A stretch of 64,000 nucleotides of DNA, taken from assembly GCF_018350175.1 (NCBI RefSeq), contig NC_058382.1, positions 51,834,001 to 51,898,000 of the forward strand, read 5' to 3'. A model generated the notes under the pieces. That model searched no databases, was not told the DNA's origin, and saw nothing but the letters and a program-made list of their open reading frames with translations. Of this stretch, positions 13,137 through 24,681 are shown one piece after another. Numbering within the stretch: position 1 is the first letter of the stretch; each line of letters begins with the position of its first letter. Position numbers and translations under genes: made by a program. Source of the stretch: Felis catus (Eukaryota).

Positions 13137-14388
13137 GCCTCATTCCCTATAGTGGGGAATTTATAAGTGAACTTATAAGTGGGACTTGAACGGCCCTGTC
13201 TTTACAGATAACCGTTCTATTAGGCAAAAGCTAAAACTAATCTTTTTTGTTGAGTCAGTGTGATGACTGGACTTTGGACTTGACCTGAGGGCTTTAAAGG
13301 TCACGACTCAGCTGTGCTGGGGCTGGGGGCAGTTGACTTAGTGTCTGAACTGTAGACATACACGTGCAGTTTCCCACTGGGGAAAACAGGACCCAGCTGT
13401 TGACTTGAGTGGCACTGCCTGAACTTTGTTCGGAGGTGAGGGTGGCAACACTCAGCTCTGTGCTAAGACAAGATAATCCTGCAAACTCACAAACCGAAGC
13501 AGAGCAGGGCCCAGCCACAAGCGGGTGCTGCGGGGCTTGAATATCTTCCCTAGCATCGCTGGAGCCTTCCTGTTGGCAGTTCTCTCCCGCATCATATCTT
13601 CTAACAGTGGAAGCCCACCGATGTTTGTTAAATGCATAAGTGAGTGAATCAAGGAATGTATACATAAATGAATGGAAGAAGGGATCAAGAAATGCTTCGT
13701 CTGCTTCATAGAATACAAATGTGGATCCTCTCTGTTGTGGAACCTTCTGCTGCAGAGAGGAAGATCCTCTGTATTTAGCCCTCTTCCTCAAAGATTCCAT
13801 TTTTCATTGAACCCAGAGATGGAACGAATAGAAGTTTGTGAGTTAACTAACGGGTCTTTAGAGCTCCACTGAGGAGGCAGGGAGAAGGGAAGAAAAGCTA
13901 ATCCCTGCTAGACGGGAAACCTCATGACGACAGGAACATGTTGCCTTTGCTCCCCACTCCGTCTCCGGCATCTCAGACAGAGCCTGGCCCATTACCCAAG
14001 CTCCACAAACATCAATTGTTGAGCAACTGACTTACGGAGTGACCGTTACGTGACTGGTGATCGGCCAGGCATTTCATGGGTCACCACAAAGGCTCGCTGC
14101 CCCTAACAAAGGAGAAGGCTGCATGGCATGGCTGGATGCAAATCTGGGTATCTGGCTGTGATGTCCATGCTTTCCCGCCTAACCCGGGCTGGCCCCTGGT
14201 AGCAGCCACCGGCCAGACTCTTCGCGGCCTCCAGGTTGTGAAATTCTTGTAGTTGCATCCGGGAAGGTAAACCCACCTCCCGGCCTTCTGTCCTATTTAT
14301 GGCCGCTCCCAGAGCCCTTGCTGTTCCTGGTTTGGTCCCTAACATGAGCGTTACAGTATCTCTCTTACTTTGTCTTCACACCTTTTAG

Positions 14389-14492
14389 AATCTCTGCGGA
14401 AGGAGTGGACATTGTACTGGACTGCCTCTGTGGGGACAACACTGGAAAAGGTCTCAGCCTTCTCAAACCACTGGGAACCTATATTTTATACG
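14389..14492 (+). CDS. VAT1L: VAT1L coding exon (probably exon 5), 104 bp, phase 2 to phase 1: (R)ISAEGVDIVLDCLCGDNTGKGLSLLKPLGTYILY(G)
   Basis: Acceptor cttcacaccttttag|A and donor TACG|gtaaga; GVDIVLD is the MDR-family motif; the frame joins the previous exon. Not shown in this frame by the ORF track. Confidence 0.96.
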
Positions 14493-15570
14493 GTAAGAGC
14501 TGAAGAGAAGCAGAGATACGGTCTGCAACAGGGGGCACTGCACCTGTGCTTACAAAGGCACTGACAAATGCCTTGTGTTGATGTGTTGGGGTAGCGAGAC
14601 GGGGAGGGGGCTTAATTTTTAAATGTTTTCCATAGTCTCGCTATTGCCAGTCGTTATTTTCAATTATAAAAGCAAGCGTATATGCCTATTGGCCTGTTAA
14701 CCCCATGAATACTTCTCATTCCAAAAGGGGTAAAGCAAGGCCAAGCTGGTGTAGCCATTGAAATGGGACTTGACCCACAGAAGGTGGCCCAGGTGGGAAA
14801 TAGTACTGGCTTCAGAGGAAGTCCAAAAAAAATGAAGGAATCAAGGACCCACAGTAGGACGGGAGGGGGCGGTGAGGATATGGGGGTTTTAAGGGAGATT
14901 CTCCACCATCGGAGATGAATTTGCAAAGCACAGCCTCTTCCTCTTCTCAACTCCTCCTGTGGGTCCTAATTCCAAAGAAGCCCTGGATGGCTGGAGCACA
15001 TTCCCTGATAACGCTCTTGAGTTTGAGCTGGAATTTATGAAAGTTCTCTGGGAGATTTTCTCCAGCAAAATGAGACCCCAGACCTTCCTCCTCTCTTCTT
15101 TCTCTCTTCTGTCACACGATTGTAAACTAATGTCAGCATGAGTCTCTACAAAGTCAAAAAACCATCTCTGAAGCCAGATATCACATTCTAACGCCCAGTG
15201 ATCCTGGGGCTATCCAACGTTTGAGAGTTTTAGCACTTCTGTCCCCTGTCGGTCTGATAGCAAGTTGAGCCTTCGCTCTGTGGAACTCAGAAAAAGATGC
15301 TCATTCCCTTGCTATTCACTGAGAAGCTTCTTGAAGAGTTATTTGAGAGGTAGAAATATTCGAGCATCTTTTTATCATCATCGTTATGACGGAAAGAGAG
15401 GAGATAAGCTTCCCATTGCTGGAGCGTTGCAGTATTTTCAATAGCGGCCACACATCTGAAAGTCTTTGGAGGTGGATGCGTGATTCTTTACCCGTTCCCA
15501 CTATTGATAAAAGGAGTTGTGAGCGTCAGTGCACGATGCGGGGATACCAGATATGATGAACATGTGAGCT

Positions 15571-15598
15571 GTACTCGCTTTGGGAGCACATATACTAA
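15571..15598 (+). pseudogene. 3'-truncated U6 snRNA retro-fragment
   Basis: gtactcgctttgggagcacatatactaa versus U6 5' end GTGCTCGCTTCGGCAGCACATATACTAA (25/28); flanking direct repeat aacatgtgag. Confidence 0.8.
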
Positions 15599-16710
15599 CG
15601 CTGACTAACATGTGAGTCAGATGTTAGACGGACAGTTTATTCGTTCTTATTTATTTGCCAGTTCTGTTTTTGCCCCAGTTCCATGATGCCATTTGGAAGA
15701 ACATAATTTGACCGTCTCACATAGCATCTAGTTGATTGCATCAGTTACTAGGTAACAAGAGCCGAGTACCGTCCTGCTTGGTGATAAAAACAGAAGCAGT
15801 GATTGAATAACTGGCTACTAGACGACACAGGCCAAATAAGGAGGTTCAGAATATACACTGTTTTTTCATTCACTAGTGGAAAAGGACTAAGAAGGACTTA
15901 TTCCCAATCTTTGGGGGCAAGGCAACAGAGTTGTTGAAAAGACACCAATGTGGCATCTGATCTGTTAAGAGCTCTCTCATCCACTCCCCAACCCCAGGAA
16001 CCACACAAAGGGAGCTTTTCTCTCTGTAAGAACATGGCAGGAAATCCTCCTAATTCCCTCCCTCATCCTCCCGTCGAATACTGCGTGTTCCCATCAGCAA
16101 ATCTCCATTTCTCGCACCATTTGTCTCAAGCGGTTTTGACCTTCCTGCTCAGATTTCTTTGGAGCTGGTATGTCGGTCATATCATTTCCTTGGCTCGTGA
16201 ACCTATTTCACCCTCATTAGCTCTTCTGTACCCCATTTTTTCCACCCGTCTAATTTCTAACTCAGCCCCACCTCTCCCTGCCACGTAAGTGCCCAGCCCA
16301 GATCAGAGCCCCTTAACTGGTGAAGGAATCGAATTCAGACCATGAATTGGGCTCACCTAAGACTTCATCTCCAGTCGTGAAGAATGGAACCAGTAAGACA
16401 TTTCAGGAACTCATCATTTCATTAGAGTGTGGGCCTAAGTCACATTTTTGCTACGTGCCCAATTTTCCAAAGTAACGGCAGGGTCACCTTGAGAAATAGT
16501 ACTTTCTCTTTGATCCCATGACGCTTGGCTCAAATTGAGTCAACCTGACGCCACCCATCCTCTCCATTTCCCCCCTTGTTCCGAGGCCGAGTTGAAGTTA
16601 TTTTCAAGCTCTTGGCACTGCTGGACCAGACAGTTGCCATTCTTCCATGTGTGGCAAGAGATGCTGATTTTCATTAGCAATAGCTTGACTTGGGAATCCT
16701 TCATTTGCAG

Positions 16711-16766
16711 GTTCATCCAACATGGTGACTGGAGAGACCAAGAGCTTCTTTAGCTTTGCCAAATCG
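16711..16766 (+). CDS. VAT1L: VAT1L coding exon (probably exon 6), 56 bp, phase 1 to phase 0: (G)SSNMVTGETKSFFSFAKS
   Basis: Acceptor ccttcatttgcag|GT and donor TCG|gtaagt; in frame with both neighbours. Confidence 0.95.
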
Positions 16767-17499
16767 GTAAGTATCCACACACGTCAAATGTACTGTGGTA
16801 GGTAGTGTGGTGATTGATTTGCGTGTTGTGAGCTCCTCCATGTAAAGACATTGACCTAAGAACCTAAATCTGGTGTGTCCGTCCTCCGTGTCATTCTTTT
16901 TCAATAGAGACTGCATTTCCATCATGCTCCTTACACATGGGCAAGACCGTGTGCATAGTCTGGCTGCTTTGTCTAAACGAAGCAGAGAGGTGCAAGCCTC
17001 AGAGAAACTCAAAAAAGCTTTATTTTGATTTCAGCAGAGATTGCGTGAGTTTTTGTGTTTCTTACCCCTGGTCAAAAATAAACTTGGCATTTCATGCATC
17101 TTCTTTGCTCCGTGGAGAAACCAACCTTGAGTGTGGCCACTTTCTGACCGGGTCTCTGGGGGGGGGGCGGGAGGGGGTTCTTAAGATTCTCTCTGTATCT
17201 CCGTTCTACTGAGCTGGAGATACAAATGGGATCCCCCAATTTTAGCAAGTCCCCGGGGTGATTTAGGACACAGGCAGATTTTTGTGTTCAGTAGCTTCAA
17301 TAGCTTCAATAATCATGCTCTGCATGTAACGGTTACTTTGCAATTGAGAAGCCACATCCCCGGGCATTCCAAACTATCCAGATCTATATTCTCACCTAGA
17401 GCAAACACTTGCTAGAATCAACTTATTTGGGCTTGAACTTCAATTTTTTCCGCTGCCCCCTCAACAGGGAATTCTGCTTCCTGTGAGAGCTTGCTTTTG

Positions 17500-17605
17500 T
17501 CTCCTCTCCTCTCCTCTCCTCCCCTCCCTGCTCCCCTCCCCTCTCCCCTCCTCTCCTCCTCCTTCCCTGTCCTCCTCCTCCTCCTCCTCCTCCTCCTCCT
17601 CCTCC
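17500..17605. repeat. Polypyrimidine tract: (CTCCT)n followed by a (CCT)n microsatellite
   Basis: Read directly from the sequence. Confidence 0.95.
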
Positions 17606-18381
17606 ACAGCAGCCAGAGTAGCATGATGGACTCACTCACTTTGCAAGCATCTTCTAAGCACCTACCCTGTGTGCAAGATACCAGGGTATTGCAGTGAATG
17701 AGATGGGTTCATTGCAGCCCCTTGGGCCTCCTACCTTCTAATGAGGGAGACAGACTGAAACAAGGAAAACAGAATTAAGACGAGGATTATCATTATGGTC
17801 ATAAGAACTCTGAAAGGGATTGAAAACAGGGTGCAGGATGGAGTGGAGGCATTTTGAATAGGGTGGCCAGGGAAAGCCGTAGAGAGGGGTTTAGATATGA
17901 TTCTAAGTGTGGCCCCCTGGGGTATTCATGTGTCCCTTAAATGGCCAACACTGGCTGCGAAAGGCTTCACCCCCGAACATTCCCTGGTTCTGGAATGATC
18001 AGTACCCCCTGTCCTGTGCGAGTAGGAGTAAAGAGGCTGTCTTTGCGTTTGAACTTCAGCATTCAGGTCAAGGAGCGTTGCAACTACAGAATCTGCAAGG
18101 CAGCAAGCACGGGGTGTGATGAGGGATGCTGTCTGAGCAGCGAGTCCTCTGAAGACAGGCTTCATGCCACTCAGAGCTGTTTTGTGGCTGTAATTAACGT
18201 GATGCTGACAGCCTGCTGTGGGTAACCACGTTGACCCAAATTGCAAGCAACTGGAAGAATGTTTTCCCTGTCTCTCCCAAACGCACAATCACAGCACACG
18301 GTGTTAATGCAATGACTGCCGTGGGCCCAGGTTCAGTGAAAGCTCTCGTAAAAACACCGCCAGGAGGGGAACGATGACTTT

Positions 18382-18448
18382 GTTCTAGAAGGTTCTAGAA
18401 AGGAATTTTCTTCTATACATTGGACAAAGGCTTAGAAGGTTCTAGAAA
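18382..18448. promoter_or_regulatory. Candidate heat-shock elements (HSF sites): one 4-pentamer and one 3-pentamer array
   Basis: gTTCt-aGAAg-gTTCt-aGAAa at 18382-18401 and aGAAg-gTTCt-aGAAa at 18434-18448. Motif match only. Confidence 0.45.
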
Positions 18449-18484
18449 GGAATTTTCTTCTATACATTGGAGAAAGGCTTAGAA
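18386..18484. repeat. 47-bp tandem duplication (2 units, 1 mismatch)
   Basis: tagaaggttctagaaaggaattttcttctatacattgga(c/g)aaaggct at 18386-18432 and 18433-18479. Confidence 0.95.
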
Positions 18485-18759
18485 ATTAAAGGCATACTTG
18501 GAACCATACAAGAATTTCTCACTCAGATGTCCTAAGTATGTTCTACCTTAAAACCCTTGCAGAACTCGAACTCGCTCTTGGCCAAACATGCCGTTTGCTT
18601 TTAGACCATAAAGATGGTTCACGACAGTTAACGCCTAGAAAGCAACCTGACTCCAAATCCAGAACTCTCCGCTAAATCAAAAAGATCCCTTCCAACTTAA
18701 GATAACAGAAATATTTTATATTTATAGAAATATTTTATATTTATATTTATAGGTCTATA

Positions 18760-18950
18760 TACAGACCTACTCCAGGTCAGACACTGTTGTAAGGACTTTG
18801 TATATGTTGACACGTTTATTCCTCACGATGACGCCGTGAGGCGCAGTAGGGAAACTTAGCATAGAGAGGTTAAGTGGCTGGCTTCAAGTTGCACAGCTAT
18901 TAAGTGGCCGAACTGGGATTCAAAGCCAGGCTCTGGAGCCCACTGAACTA
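18760..18950. mobile_element. MIR SINE
   Basis: gaaacttagcatagagaggttaagtggctggcttcaagttgcacagcta...ctgggattcaaagccagg. Confidence 0.65.
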
Positions 18951-19574
18951 CAACTGTGCAGAAATCGCAGAGTTATCAGGCACTCGTTTCGCAAACATTT
19001 ACTGAGACATTGCAGATGCACCGTGAAACAAGTCATTAATCATTTCTCTGCTTTGTTTTTGCCGCAAGCAGCCCATGGCCAAATAAATGTCTCTACTAGA
19101 GCTGGCCTCTGGGCCCTCAGGGAGTGTACCTTAGTAAAGAATTTTGTGTGTGCATCTTATCCCTGTTTTCAACTTGTCTTTCTCACACGTATGTTCCTAA
19201 CAATATGATTTTCCCGCTTAAAAAAACATACCAAAATCTTTTGTGAGCTTTTGGGAGCTTTTAGGATCCAGGAAAGGCAGGAGGTAAATAAACACACCAG
19301 TAATGTAAACATTAGGAATGTTCCTAAGGACCCATCACAGGCCTCTTGGCCTGTGCATTAAACCATTAACCATTTTGCCTTACAGCCTTCTAGAAACTAG
19401 AACTTGGAATTTCTAAATTCTAACCAGCACCAAAGAAGATGCAGTTAAACCAGAACAAAACCGTTGGATAACCATTTCTGCAGTCTGTTCATGAATTTTT
19501 TTTTTTTTCTTATTTTCATGTCTGGCCTGGGGGATGAGAGGCTGGAAAAGAGAGAGTCACACTTGTCACTTGGG

Positions 19575-19798
19575 TGTCCCCCACCTAGGACCTTAGCGGT
19601 ACTGGCATCTTGGGCTGGACTACTCTTTATCATGAGGGGCTGTCTTGCTCAATGTAGGATGTTCAGCACCATCCCTGGCTTCCACCCACTAGATGCCAGT
19701 AGATGCCTCTCCCTTCCAGTCACCACGACAAAAACATGCCCAGACATGACCAGATTGTCCCATGGGGAGTAACACTTCCCTCAGATGAGAACCACTGG
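19575..19798 (-). mobile_element. MER20 hAT DNA transposon
   Basis: tgtaggatgttcagcaccatccctggcttccacccactagatgccagtag...tgagaaccactg. Confidence 0.75.
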
Positions 19799-20431
19799 CT
19801 TAATCCCATCCCAGTGGCTTCACGGTTCCGTCACACTATTTCTTCTGCCTGGGTTATGCTCCCTTACTCTCTCTCTGCTGGATTCCTACCCAGCTCTCCA
19901 GGCGTGCCCTTATTGCCCCTAGGACGCCACTCCTGTGGCTGGATCATCATCCCACCAAGTCCCCACCACACCCGGCGGCCTTCGCTGCCACCCTGCCCCT
20001 TCCCCAACCCTGTCACTGCCACCACCGTTCATACACCAAACTCTCCCAGACAGCTGAGAGGCAGTACCCAGCCCCTCTCCGTGGCTGAGGGAAACGAAGC
20101 ACACAGAAGACCAGGGGTTCGAGTGGTGCAGCCAGGACCCAACTCCAGCGCGGACCGTCCTAACCCGGGGCCTTCACGTTCCGACGACACGAGGCCTGAT
20201 GGTTGTTTTCAGAAAGTTGGCTTCTTGCCCCTGCCTAGACCCCCGTGCTCTGCTCCTAAGCATCACCGTGCACTCACAACACTGGCTGGAGAGCTGCTTT
20301 AAAAATGACCCCAACACGGGCCACCATTTGGCCGCCTGGAACCCGCCACACTGGGGCCCCGTCCGCCGCCCACAAGGCTGTGACCACGACCGGCTCCGGT
20401 TCCCTGTAACCGACACCTTCTCTCCTTCCAG

Positions 20432-20626
20432 TGGTGGCAGGTCGAGAAGGTGAACCCCATCAAGCTCTATGAAGAGAACAAAGTCATCGCGGGATTTTCC
20501 CTTTTAAACCTGCTCTTCAAACAGGGCCGTGCGGGCCTCATTCGAGGAGTAGTGGACAAACTCACTGAGCTCTACAACCAGAAGAAGATCAAGCCCGTGG
20601 TCGACTCCCTTTGGGCCCTGGAGGAG
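20432..20626 (+). CDS. VAT1L: VAT1L coding exon (probably exon 7), 195 bp, phase 0 to phase 0: WWQVEKVNPIKLYEENKVIAGFSLLNLLFKQGRAGLIRGVVDKLTELYNQKKIKPVVDSLWALEE
   Basis: Acceptor ccttctctccttccag|TGG and donor GAG|gtaaga; overlaps the start of track ORF 20450..20863. Confidence 0.97.
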
Positions 20627-21789
20627 GTAAGAGTGGTGGGTTTTGTTTCCCCCCCAGCAATTAATCTGTTTTTAGTCCAGGGAGATTTGGGCGGCCGGGA
20701 TAAAAATAATCTTTTATGCAAAGGTTATTCTCCAGGTTTGTTCGTTTCAAATGACGGTCCTAAAAGTCATTGTCCTACCGTATCACGCTTTAGATGTAAG
20801 AAACGCTTTGAATTCCATAGTGGTTCTCAACCCATGTGCCTCAGCCTACTATTTGTACCATGAATCCCTCTCAGGCCATCAAGTTTTAATGGGTGTGGAC
20901 GATCCACCTGGGTTCTAAGAAGGTACGGATATGGCTGCAACATCATTTACATTATCACCTTGTGGGCATAGGACATCCAGGTTGGGGCAGACCATGGCTC
21001 AGAGCTGAAATGTTTTGTGTGCTAAACCCAGATGCTTGGAGACCCTGGGGGACGAGATGCTGTTGGCTGTCACACTGGGCATTGTAATTATTCATGAATC
21101 GTCGGATCTGGTATTGGACTGTTTTCATTAACCGATCTGCCAAAAGTTCTAGTGTGTGAAAGCGTTCCTTAATCATGAAAAAAAAAAAAACCAAAACAAG
21201 AATCCTTAATGTAACCTTCACTGCAGCAGGTAGAATGTGCTAGGTGGAGGCCAGGTCTAGGAAATTCTCCAGGATCGGGGAAGTTTTGGACATTTGGGAA
21301 GCCAGCCGTGGTAGCTATCTGTGGGGAGAAAATAAAGAAGTAAAGCCTAGATTTCAAGGGGCATTTCACTGAGAAATCTTCCTAGGTCAGGCTGTTGGCT
21401 GTGGGAAGGCGTGGAGCCCCTGAGAAAGATCTTAAAATATGTGGGAATGTGTTTTGTGTTTGTATGGCTTTTGCATTTTGCATGGGTGAGTGCCTTACAG
21501 TACAAGAACTTTTTTGTACTTTTGGGAATCACAGACATCCTTGAAAAAAGCTAACAAACATAATGGTCTGTGGAACAGAGAGTAGGTATTGTCCTGGAAA
21601 TAAAGCTGGTGCTATTTGCCTAATGAACTAGGTTGGCCAAAATCCAATGGCTTCCCTGAGCACAGAAATTGCCTCCCAAAAAACTTTGTGAAGCTCCATG
21701 TGTAATCAAATAGGACTGGTTCTGGATGCTGTATATGCTTCTCTGATCTTGCAGAATCATGAATGGTCTTTAAAAAAAACCCAACAACC

Positions 21790-22015
21790 GGGGCCCTTGG
21801 GTGGCTCAGTCGGTTAAGCGTCCGACTTCAGCTCAGGTCATGATCTCACAGTTTGTAGGTTCGAGCCCTGTGTCGGGCTCTGTGCTGACAGCTCAGGGCC
21901 TGGACCCTGGTTTGGATTCTGTGTCTCCCTCTCTCTCTGCTCCTCCCTCACTCATGCTCTGTCTCTCTCTCTCTCTCAAAAATACACGAACATTAAAAAA
22001 AATTAAAAAAAAAAA
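21790..22015 (+). mobile_element. CAN-SINE (SINEC)
   Basis: Full head, (CT)n tract and A tail. Confidence 0.92.
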
Positions 22016-22429
22016 CACCAATCACCAAAACCCTTGTGTCTTATGGTGAAAGAAATATATGCTTATTGTAGGAAACTCGTAAATTAAGAACAAAAGTGTA
22101 AGGAGAAAATGAACATCAAGTCCACACTCCAGAGACTGGCTAACACTATCACATTTTGGTTTGCTTCCTTCCAGTCTTTTTTCTTTTGCAGATGGTCACT
22201 GTGATTCAGCTGCTTCTTAAATCAGATAATCAGGCATTCCTTCTGCTGTGTCATTTCCAAGATGGTTAGCTTACTGTTATACTCTTCTTGAAAACTTTTT
22301 AATTTACCGAGTCAGACATCCGTACGGTATTGGCTGTGGTATCTCAGTGGTGTAGACGGGCTGGACTACACGGGTACCGGTTCTCAGTGGTCAAGGACAG
22401 AGAGAAAACTGGAGGTAGTCAAGGTCAGG

Positions 22430-22498
22430 GCTAAGAGATGATTCGTGAGACCGAGCCCCACATCGGGCTCCACGCTGACAGCATAGAGCCTGCTTGGG

Positions 22499-22534
<36 letters not shown>

Positions 22535-22595
22535 CTCCTCCCATTCACCCTCTCTCCCACACTCTCTTTATCTCAAAATAAAAAAATAAACAACA
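22430..22595 (+). mobile_element. 5'-truncated older CAN-SINE
   Basis: gagccccacatcgggctccacgctgacagcatagagcctgcttgggattctctc, (CT)n tract and A tail. Confidence 0.75.
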
Positions 22596-22889
22596 ACAAA
22601 AAAGAAACTATCTTGTTCATCTGTTGACTTGTTGAGGCTCTGCCTCCCTTCCACAAGGAAGTAAACCCCAGATGAGGAAGGACCCCAACTGTGCCATTCA
22701 GGACCCCAGTGCCTGGCCTGGAGTCAATACTCAATAAACACACATTACGTGAGTGGATTGATGAGTCTGGCAATATACAGAAATATGACTAACTGGGTAT
22801 TTTCTATGTTCAACAGTAAATATTTGTTGAATGAATAAATGAATGAGTGAACAAGACGTAACTAAAACAAGGTATTATTACTTTAAGAC

Positions 22890-23085
22890 AACTTGGGCTC
22901 AATTGATATTTTGGCTGAATCATCCTTTGCTGGGGGTGGGGTTGTCCTGGGCATTGCAGGAAGTTTAGCGGCATCTCTGGTCAGACACCAGCTGTGGCAA
23001 TAAAAAATATCTCTAGACACCGTCAAATGTCCCCTGAATGGGATGGGGAACAGGGGCGAAACTGGAACTAGGTGAGAAACACTGC
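22890..23085 (-). mobile_element. MER20-like hAT DNA transposon
   Basis: gtcctgggcattgcaggaagtttagcggcatctctgg...aaaaatatctctagacaccgtcaaatgtcccctg. Confidence 0.65.
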
Positions 23086-24401
23086 TTTAAAAGAAGTCAT
23101 ATCGGTTGAGATAGTTACAAGGAAAACAAAGGAATTACAGGTTCCTTTCGAAAGCTAGTCACCCGCAAAGGGGAGACAGACAGCTGCTGCCTGTTTGCCA
23201 ACAAAAACGTCCACAGCCACTCATCAGTCACACCCACCGACTTTCCGAGGGTTCTTTTTTGACGATATTTGCAGACATCTGTTGAGAGCTGCATTTGGGC
23301 AAAACCCAGCTATTTCTCAAGCCCATGCAGCTGTCCTGGGCCAGAGGAGAATAGAGCATGCTTATTACTTGCCAACCGCAGAAGGATGACCATAACGATG
23401 TTTCCCCTCCCCTTCGGTAAATGATTTCACAAAATTGCTTTTCAGGCTAGCTGTGTAACTTCATCGATGGAACGGAAAGCCCATAGGGATTAAAAGAAAA
23501 TTTTCTTGGGCTCTCCAAGCCCTCAGACTAGAAGATTTAATAATTTCAGAAACGATTTAGGGTTTCTTTCTAGCCATCTATCTTTGACTTTATTATAGAT
23601 TTAATACACGGAGCAGAGAGAGATGTTCCGGCATCAGATTTGCCTCCAGATATTAAACGTGCAGCGGGACAGTAAGTTGGAAAAAACCTCCTCTTTCCAA
23701 ACAGTTCAGAGGTGGGAAAAGGATGAAAGATATATATATGTATCTGTCAACCAAGAGTAGTGACATTACTGAGACCTACTGTGTGCTAGTACTCTTTCAT
23801 GATGTCGAGTCTACAAAAGAGACAGACGTCTCGTTCCCCGACCCTTAAGTTCATGATTTAGTTTCTGAGACAACACTGAGGTGTTTAGTCGTGGGGTCCT
23901 GCTTTCAAGTGCAACCTGGATTCAAGAGCTAGAGAGAATAATGTTGTTAAGTGAGAACGAATGCTCAGAGGTGGTTCCGAGAATGAGGTGGGGCTTGGTT
24001 GAGGCTGGAGGGATACGAATTCTTTCCCTGATGTTGGGGTTAAAAAAAAAACAAGGGATTACGAGCATGAGGGACAGTGACAAAATCTCAGAAGCAGGGG
24101 TGAGTATGGGGTCGTTGGGGTTGAGAGTCTGAGCTAAACACGGCAGAGGTGGCTGACTAAGGAGGGGAGGAGATAAGGCTGGTTCGGTCAATGGAATCAA
24201 ATCCCTGAGGCGGTCACTGCCAAGCAGAGAGGAGCAGTTGACGTTCTCGGTGAGGCGATTCCTCTTAGAGAGCGTGGCCCAAGGAACATGGTACCATCTG
24301 ACCCTTTCAATTTCCAGAAGCCCTTCCTGGTCCCAGTATGCCACTAATAACATACACCTGGACTATGTCGCTGTCACCTCTGGTTAAAAATGTCTTCTCC
24401 T

Positions 24402-24628
24402 GAGGAGCCTGGGCGGCTCAGTTGGTTGAGCATCTGACTCTCGATTTCAGCTCAGGGCGTGATCCCAGGGTTGCGGGTGTGAGCGCTGAGTGTGGAGCCT
24501 GCTTGGGATTCCCTCCCTCCCTTCCTCTCCCTCCCTCTCCCTCTCCCTCTCTCTCTGTCTCTCTCCCTTCTACTCTCCCCCTCCCCTGCTCATGGGCTTG
24601 CTCTTTCTCTCTCTAAAGTAAAAAAAAA
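24402..24628 (+). mobile_element. Older CAN-SINE
   Basis: gcctgggcggctcagttggttgagcatctgactctcgatttcagctcagg, pyrimidine tract and A tail. Confidence 0.85.
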
Positions 24629-24681
24629 GTAACAAAATAAATTATCTTTTCCCACCTGCCATCTAATAGCACAGGGAGAAC

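Noticed and set aside
19703..20302. 199-aa Pro-rich ORF, and other long ORFs such as 32103..32672, 60113..60682 and 13294..13800
   Set aside because: No recognisable domain, several overlap repeat remnants, and such lengths are expected by chance in GC-rich intron.
20627..20863. ORF 20450..20863 continuing past the exon as a novel C-terminus
   Set aside because: A strong donor GAG|gtaaga sits at 20626 and the downstream peptide has no recognisable similarity; it is intron read-through.
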